Assembly (NCBI GenBank): GCA_041496385.1
Contig: JBGQEL010000074.1
Span: 1-20,820 of the forward strand
Direction: 5' to 3'
Source: Candidatus Methylomirabilia bacterium
Lineage (GTDB): Bacteria > Methylomirabilota > Methylomirabilia > Rokubacteriales > CSP1-6
Length of the DNA stretch: 20,820 nt
The notes beneath the pieces are model-generated. The model saw only the letters and a program-made list of their open reading frames with translations, was not told the origin of the DNA and made no database searches. Made by a program: the position numbers and the translations under genes. Positions 16,913 through 20,820 of the stretch are shown piece by piece (within the stretch, counting starts at the first letter, position 1; each line of letters opens with the position of its first letter).

Positions 16913-18769
16913 ATGTGCGGGATCGCGGGCGTCTACCGGTTCGACGGCGGGCGGGTGGAGCGGGGTCCGCTCGAGGCGATGACCGCGCGGATGCTCCATC
17001 GCGGCCCCGACGACGAGGGATTTTACCGGGCGGACGCCGTCGGGCTCGGCATGCGCCGTCTGTCCATCATCGACCTCACCGGCGGTCACCAGCCCCTCGG
17101 CAACGAAGACGGCACCGTCTGGGTCGTGATGAACGGAGAGATCTACAACTACGTGGAGCTGCGGGCCGAGCTCGAGGCGAAGGGGCACCGGTTCCGCACG
17201 CGCTCCGACACGGAGACGATCGTCCATCTGTACGAGGAAGAGGGGACGGAGGCCGTCCGCCGCCTCAACGGGATGTTCGCCTTCGCCCTCTACGACGCCG
17301 CGCGGCGGGCGCTCTGGGTCGTGCGCGACCGGCTCGGCGTGAAGCCCCTCTTTTACACCGAGCATGCCGGCGCCTTGTACTTCGCGTCGGACCTCGACGC
17401 GCTGGTCGCGGGCATCGGATCGCGTGAGGTCGACCGCGCCGCCTTTCTTCGCTATCTGGGGCTCGGCTACGTCCCGCACCCTCACTCCATCTATGCCGGC
17501 GTGCAAAAGCTTTCTCCCGGCGAGTGGCTCTGGGTCTCGCGCGAGGGCGTCCGCGTCGAGCCGTACTGGCGCGTGGCAATGTTCGAGTCCTGGCGGGGCA
17601 CCGACGTGGAGGCGGCCGCGCAGCTCCGCCACCTCCTCGACGACGCGGTGCGTCTGGAGCTCCGCAGCGACGTCCCGCTCGGCGTGTTCCTGAGCGGCGG
17701 CCTGGACAGCAGCGCGGTCGTGGCGCTGGCCGCGTCCCGCGTCGACCGGCCCCTGCGGACGCTGACCGTCGCCTTCGCCGGCAAGGCCTCCGCCGACGAG
17801 GGCTTCGCGCGCGAGGTCGCGAGCGCGTTCGCGACCGAGCACCGCGAGCTCGCGCTCACCTCGGCGGAGGCCGCGCGGGGGCTCGAGGAGCTGATCCCGT
17901 TCCTCGACGAGCCGATCGCGGACTCCGCCGTGATCCCATCCTACCTTCTGGCGCGCGAGGCGCGCGCGGAGGGCATCAAGGTGCTCCTGACCGGCGCCGG
18001 CGGGGACGAGATGTTCGGCGGCTATCGGCGCCATCACTGGCCTCGCGCCGGCAGCGCCACGTGGCTCGCCGAAGTGCTACCGGCGCGGGCGCGGGCCGTC
18101 GCGAGCCGGGCGCTCGCGGCGATGGACCCGGAGCGGGCGGTGCTCGTCCGGGACCCGCGGATCGCCTTCGGCGCGGGCATCTCCGGCGCCAGTCTCGCGC
18201 TCTGCGCCGGCGCGCTCCGGCGGCGAGAGGACGCCGCCGCCCTGCTCGACGGCTTCACCCAGACCTTCGGCGCGTTATCCGCAGAAGGCCGGGCCGAGCA
18301 CGGCTTCGCCTACCTGCGCATGAGCCTCGACCTCGGCGAGTATCTGGTCGGCAACGTGCTGGCGCTGCTCGACAAGAGCACCATGGCGTGCTCGGTGGAG
18401 GGGCGGGTGCCGCTACTCGACCATCGCCTCGTCGAGTTCGCATTCGCGCTGCCGGCCAGCCTGAATCTTCTGGAGGGCCGTCCCAAAGGCCTGTTCCGCC
18501 GCGCCCTGCGCGGCCTTCTCCCGGAAGCACTGGTCGATCGGGGCAAGGATGGCTTCAACGCGCCGATGGGTGTCTGGATCGATGACGCGCTCGGCGCGCG
18601 GATCGACGCGGAGCTCTGCGACGGCCCGATCGACTGGCTCGACGACCTGTTCGACCTCGACGTGCTCCGGGCGGCGGCGCGCGATCCCCGCCGCAGGCGT
18701 CGGGCCGCGGAGACGCTCTACAGCTTGTTCGTGTTCAGTCGCTGGTACCGCAGCCACGTGGACAAGTGA
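16913..18769 (+). CDS. asnB: Asparagine synthase (glutamine-hydrolysing) family amidotransferase
   Basis: MCGIAG start at 16913 (the Ntn Cys must be N-terminal, so not 16904). Motifs [67 protein letters not shown] and KDGF. Confidence 0.95.
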   Translation: MCGIAGVYRFDGGRVERGPLEAMTARMLHRGPDDEGFYRADAVGLGMRRLSIIDLTGGHQPLGNEDGTVWVVMNGEIYNYVELRAELEAKGHRFRTRSDTETIVHLYEEEGTEAVRRLNGMFAFALYDAARRALWVVRDRLGVKPLFYTEHAGALYFASDLDALVAGIGSREVDRAAFLRYLGLGYVPHPHSIYAGVQKLSPGEWLWVSREGVRVEPYWRVAMFESWRGTDVEAAAQLRHLLDDAVRLELRSDVPLGVFLSGGLDSSAVVALAASRVDRPLRTLTVAFAGKASADEGFAREVASAFATEHRELALTSAEAARGLEELIPFLDEPIADSAVIPSYLLAREARAEGIKVLLTGAGGDEMFGGYRRHHWPRAGSATWLAEVLPARARAVASRALAAMDPERAVLVRDPRIAFGAGISGASLALCAGALRRREDAAALLDGFTQTFGALSAEGRAEHGFAYLRMSLDLGEYLVGNVLALLDKSTMACSVEGRVPLLDHRLVEFAFALPASLNLLEGRPKGLFRRALRGLLPEALVDRGKDGFNAPMGVWIDDALGARIDAELCDGPIDWLDDLFDLDVLRAAARDPRRRRRAAETLYSLFVFSRWYRSHVDK

Positions 18770-19554
18770 TGCCCACCTCCGTCTCGGTCGTCTGCCCCAC
18801 GTTCAACTCCGCCAAGTTCGTCGATCGGGCGCTGGAGAGCGTCCTGTCTCAGACGGTAGCGCCGCTCGAGGTGATCGTCGTCGATGACGGGTCGACCGAC
18901 GATACGGTGGTCGTCGCGCGCCGCGTGCTGGACCGGCACCCGGAGGTTCCCGCGACCGTGATCGAGGCGCCGCACCGGGGACCCGGTTCGGCGCGAAACG
19001 CCGGTATCCGCCGCGCGCGGGGAGCCTGGATCGCGTTCATCGACTCGGACGATGTCTGGCTCCCGCGAAAGCTCGAGGCGGTTGGCCGGGCGATTGCTGC
19101 TCATCCCGAGGTCAATCTCGTCTGCCACGGCGAGGAGCGCGTGCTGCTCGACGGCAGCCGGCGGCCCCTCGACTACGGCGCCTGGTACGATCCACACCGG
19201 CCGCTGCCGCCCCAGCTCTATTCCCGCAACTTTCTCTCCACGTCGGCGGTGACCTGCCGGCGCCAGCTTCTGGAGGACACGGGTCTCTTCGACGAGGCGC
19301 TCATGTCGAGCCAGGACTACGAACTCTGGCTGCGGATGTCGTCCAAGATGCGGCCCGTCTTCATCCGAGAGATCCTCGGGACCTATCACGACCGGGCGGA
19401 CAGCATCTCGTCCGGGCGCCCCTGGCGGCGCTGGCTCAACCTGCTGCGCGTCTCGCTGCGGCACCGCGACAAGGTGGGCTGGCTCGCGACCGCGCGCCGT
19501 CTGGCACGGCTGACCGCCTCGTTCGGAGCCCAGGCCCTGGGGCGCCCGACATGA
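18766..19554 (+). CDS. Glycosyltransferase family 2 (GT-A)
   Basis: [42 protein letters not shown] (DxD) and QDYELWLR. Start is GTG 18766 or ATG 18769. Confidence 0.93.
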   Translation: MMPTSVSVVCPTFNSAKFVDRALESVLSQTVAPLEVIVVDDGSTDDTVVVARRVLDRHPEVPATVIEAPHRGPGSARNAGIRRARGAWIAFIDSDDVWLPRKLEAVGRAIAAHPEVNLVCHGEERVLLDGSRRPLDYGAWYDPHRPLPPQLYSRNFLSTSAVTCRRQLLEDTGLFDEALMSSQDYELWLRMSSKMRPVFIREILGTYHDRADSISSGRPWRRWLNLLRVSLRHRDKVGWLATARRLARLTASFGAQALGRPT

Positions 19555-20687
19555 CCATTCCGGCGCCACCGCTACCGTCACTCGGTGACCTGGTGCACGG
19601 CTTGAACGCGCAGGCGTTCACCGGCGAGACCTTCGCGGGTGCGCGTCCGCGGCGAGTCTGCCGCGTCTACCGGTCGGGCAGGCTCGCGCTCGCCGCGGGT
19701 GTCGACGCGGTCCGACGAGCACGCGGCACGGAGACGGCGGCACTGCTCGTGCCGGGGTACTTCTGCAACGAGGCGCTGGAGCCGCTGCGGCGGCTCGGAA
19801 TCACGCTCGCCTTCTATCCGCTCGGCGACGACCTCGGGCCGGACTGGGAGGCCGTTCGCGCCGCGCTCGACGCGAGCGAACGTCCGACGATGTTCCTGCT
19901 CGTGCACTATTTCGGCTTCCCGGGAGTGAGCGCCCAGGCGGCCGCCTTCTGCCGACGGCACGGCCTGACGCTCGTGGAAGACGCGGCGCACGTGCTCGTG
20001 CCCACGGCGGGCATCGGCGTCGGCGACCTCGTCATCTTCAGTCCGCGCAAGCTGCTTGCGGTTCCCGCGGGTGGAGTGCTCGTGGCCTCCGAGGAGATGG
20101 GCGCCCTCCTGGATCTGCCGACGGACGGCGCCGCCTGGCAGGAGACGGTCGCCTGGACCGCGCGCCGGCTGACCCAGCGCCTGCTGGTCGGGCTCCGCGT
20201 GCCGTGGCACCGCCTCTGGCCTCCCGCGGAGGCCGAGCCGCGGTCCGGGAGCACGGAGCCCGTCCGGATGCTGGGCTGCGGCCCCTTCGGGTTGCGGCTG
20301 CTCAGCGTGACCGAGCGCTCCTGGCCGGAAGTCGCCGCACGCCGTCGCCAGAACTACCAGCGCCTGCTGGATCGTGTCGCCGGGCTCCCCGGTGTGCGCC
20401 CGCTCTATCCGAGCCTCGGCGCCGATGTCTGCCCCTACGCGTTTCCGCTCCTCGTCGACGGCTCGAGCGCGGGCCTCGTCGGCAGGCTCCGGGCTCGCGG
20501 CATTCCCGCGAGTCGCTGGCCCGATCTGCCACCGGAAGTCCTCGCGCGCCCGGACGTTCATCGCGCGGCGCTGCGGACGTACGAGCGCCTCGCCTTGCTG
20601 CCGGTGCACCAGAGCCTTGGCTCTGCCCAGCTCGAGCGCATCGGCGACGAGCTCGGCGCCGCGCTGACGGGACGGGCGGCGGCGTGA
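19551..20687 (+). CDS. DegT/DnrJ/EryC1/StrS family PLP-dependent aminotransferase (divergent)
   Basis: SGR.AL, VPGYFC, VHYFG, VEDAAH, IFSPRK (PLP lysine), GGVL, RRRQNY and LLPVHQ. Confidence 0.82.
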   Translation: MTIPAPPLPSLGDLVHGLNAQAFTGETFAGARPRRVCRVYRSGRLALAAGVDAVRRARGTETAALLVPGYFCNEALEPLRRLGITLAFYPLGDDLGPDWEAVRAALDASERPTMFLLVHYFGFPGVSAQAAAFCRRHGLTLVEDAAHVLVPTAGIGVGDLVIFSPRKLLAVPAGGVLVASEEMGALLDLPTDGAAWQETVAWTARRLTQRLLVGLRVPWHRLWPPAEAEPRSGSTEPVRMLGCGPFGLRLLSVTERSWPEVAARRRQNYQRLLDRVAGLPGVRPLYPSLGADVCPYAFPLLVDGSSAGLVGRLRARGIPASRWPDLPPEVLARPDVHRAALRTYERLALLPVHQSLGSAQLERIGDELGAALTGRAAA

Positions 20688-20820
20688 TGCGGCTCGTGGT
20701 GCGCGAGTTTTCGCAGTCGGAGTGGACGGAGATCGTCTCCGAGTTCCAGGACCTGAGCCTGATGCAGCTGTGGGAGTACGGCGAGGCCAAGGCGGCGCTG
20801 GAGTCCTGGCGCGTGGAACG
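20687..20820 (+). CDS. FemAB/FemX-like (GNAT-fold) transferase, N-terminal fragment cut by the window end
   Basis: Not in the ORF track. GTGATG overlap with the upstream stop; my translation is MRLVVREFSQSEWTEIVSEFQDLSLMQLWEYGEAKAALESWRVE(R), open to the window end. It matches the FemABX-type N-terminus W...........Q.W.YG..K....W...R. Confidence 0.6.
   Translation, partial: MRLVVREFSQSEWTEIVSEFQDLSLMQLWEYGEAKAALESWRVE

Noticed and set aside
1..20820. Secondary-metabolite (e.g. aminoglycoside or nucleoside antibiotic) cluster interpretation; CRISPR, RNA genes; taxonomic assignment
   Set aside because: Wzx, GT2, KdsB, heparinase-like and surface carbohydrate proteins point to a surface glycan. 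No resistance gene or regulator was seen, there is no intergenic room for arrays or RNAs, and no marker gene allows a taxon call.

Overview
The window is an internal 20.8-kb slice of one very large, high-GC bacterial surface-polysaccharide (O-antigen/capsule/EPS-type) biosynthesis operon. All 19 supportable CDS lie on the + strand, most are joined by 4-nt start/stop overlaps, and both end genes are cut by the window. Gene order: AsnB-type amidotransferase (partial), Zn-ribbon methyltransferase, KdsB-like cytidylyltransferase, SGNH hydrolase, Gfo/Idh/MocA oxidoreductase, second (degenerate) Zn-ribbon methyltransferase, class I methyltransferase, NAD-dependent epimerase/dehydratase, large GT-B-like surface carbohydrate protein, GmhA-like SIS isomerase, HpcH/HpaI pyruvate aldolase, FkbM methyltransferase, Wzx flippase, inositol monophosphatase-family phosphatase, heparinase II/III-like protein, second AsnB amidotransferase, GT2 glycosyltransferase, DegT-like aminotransferase, FemAB-like transferase (partial). 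No RNA genes, CRISPR arrays or mobile elements are evident. The most interesting inference is a non-canonical route to an unusual CMP-activated 2-keto-3-deoxy sugar acid (SIS isomerase, pyruvate aldolase, phosphatase, divergent KdsB), with no KdsA or NeuB in the window. The glycan appears heavily tailored by methylation, amidation and possibly tRNA-dependent aminoacylation. Family calls rest on motif recognition by eye; no searches were run.
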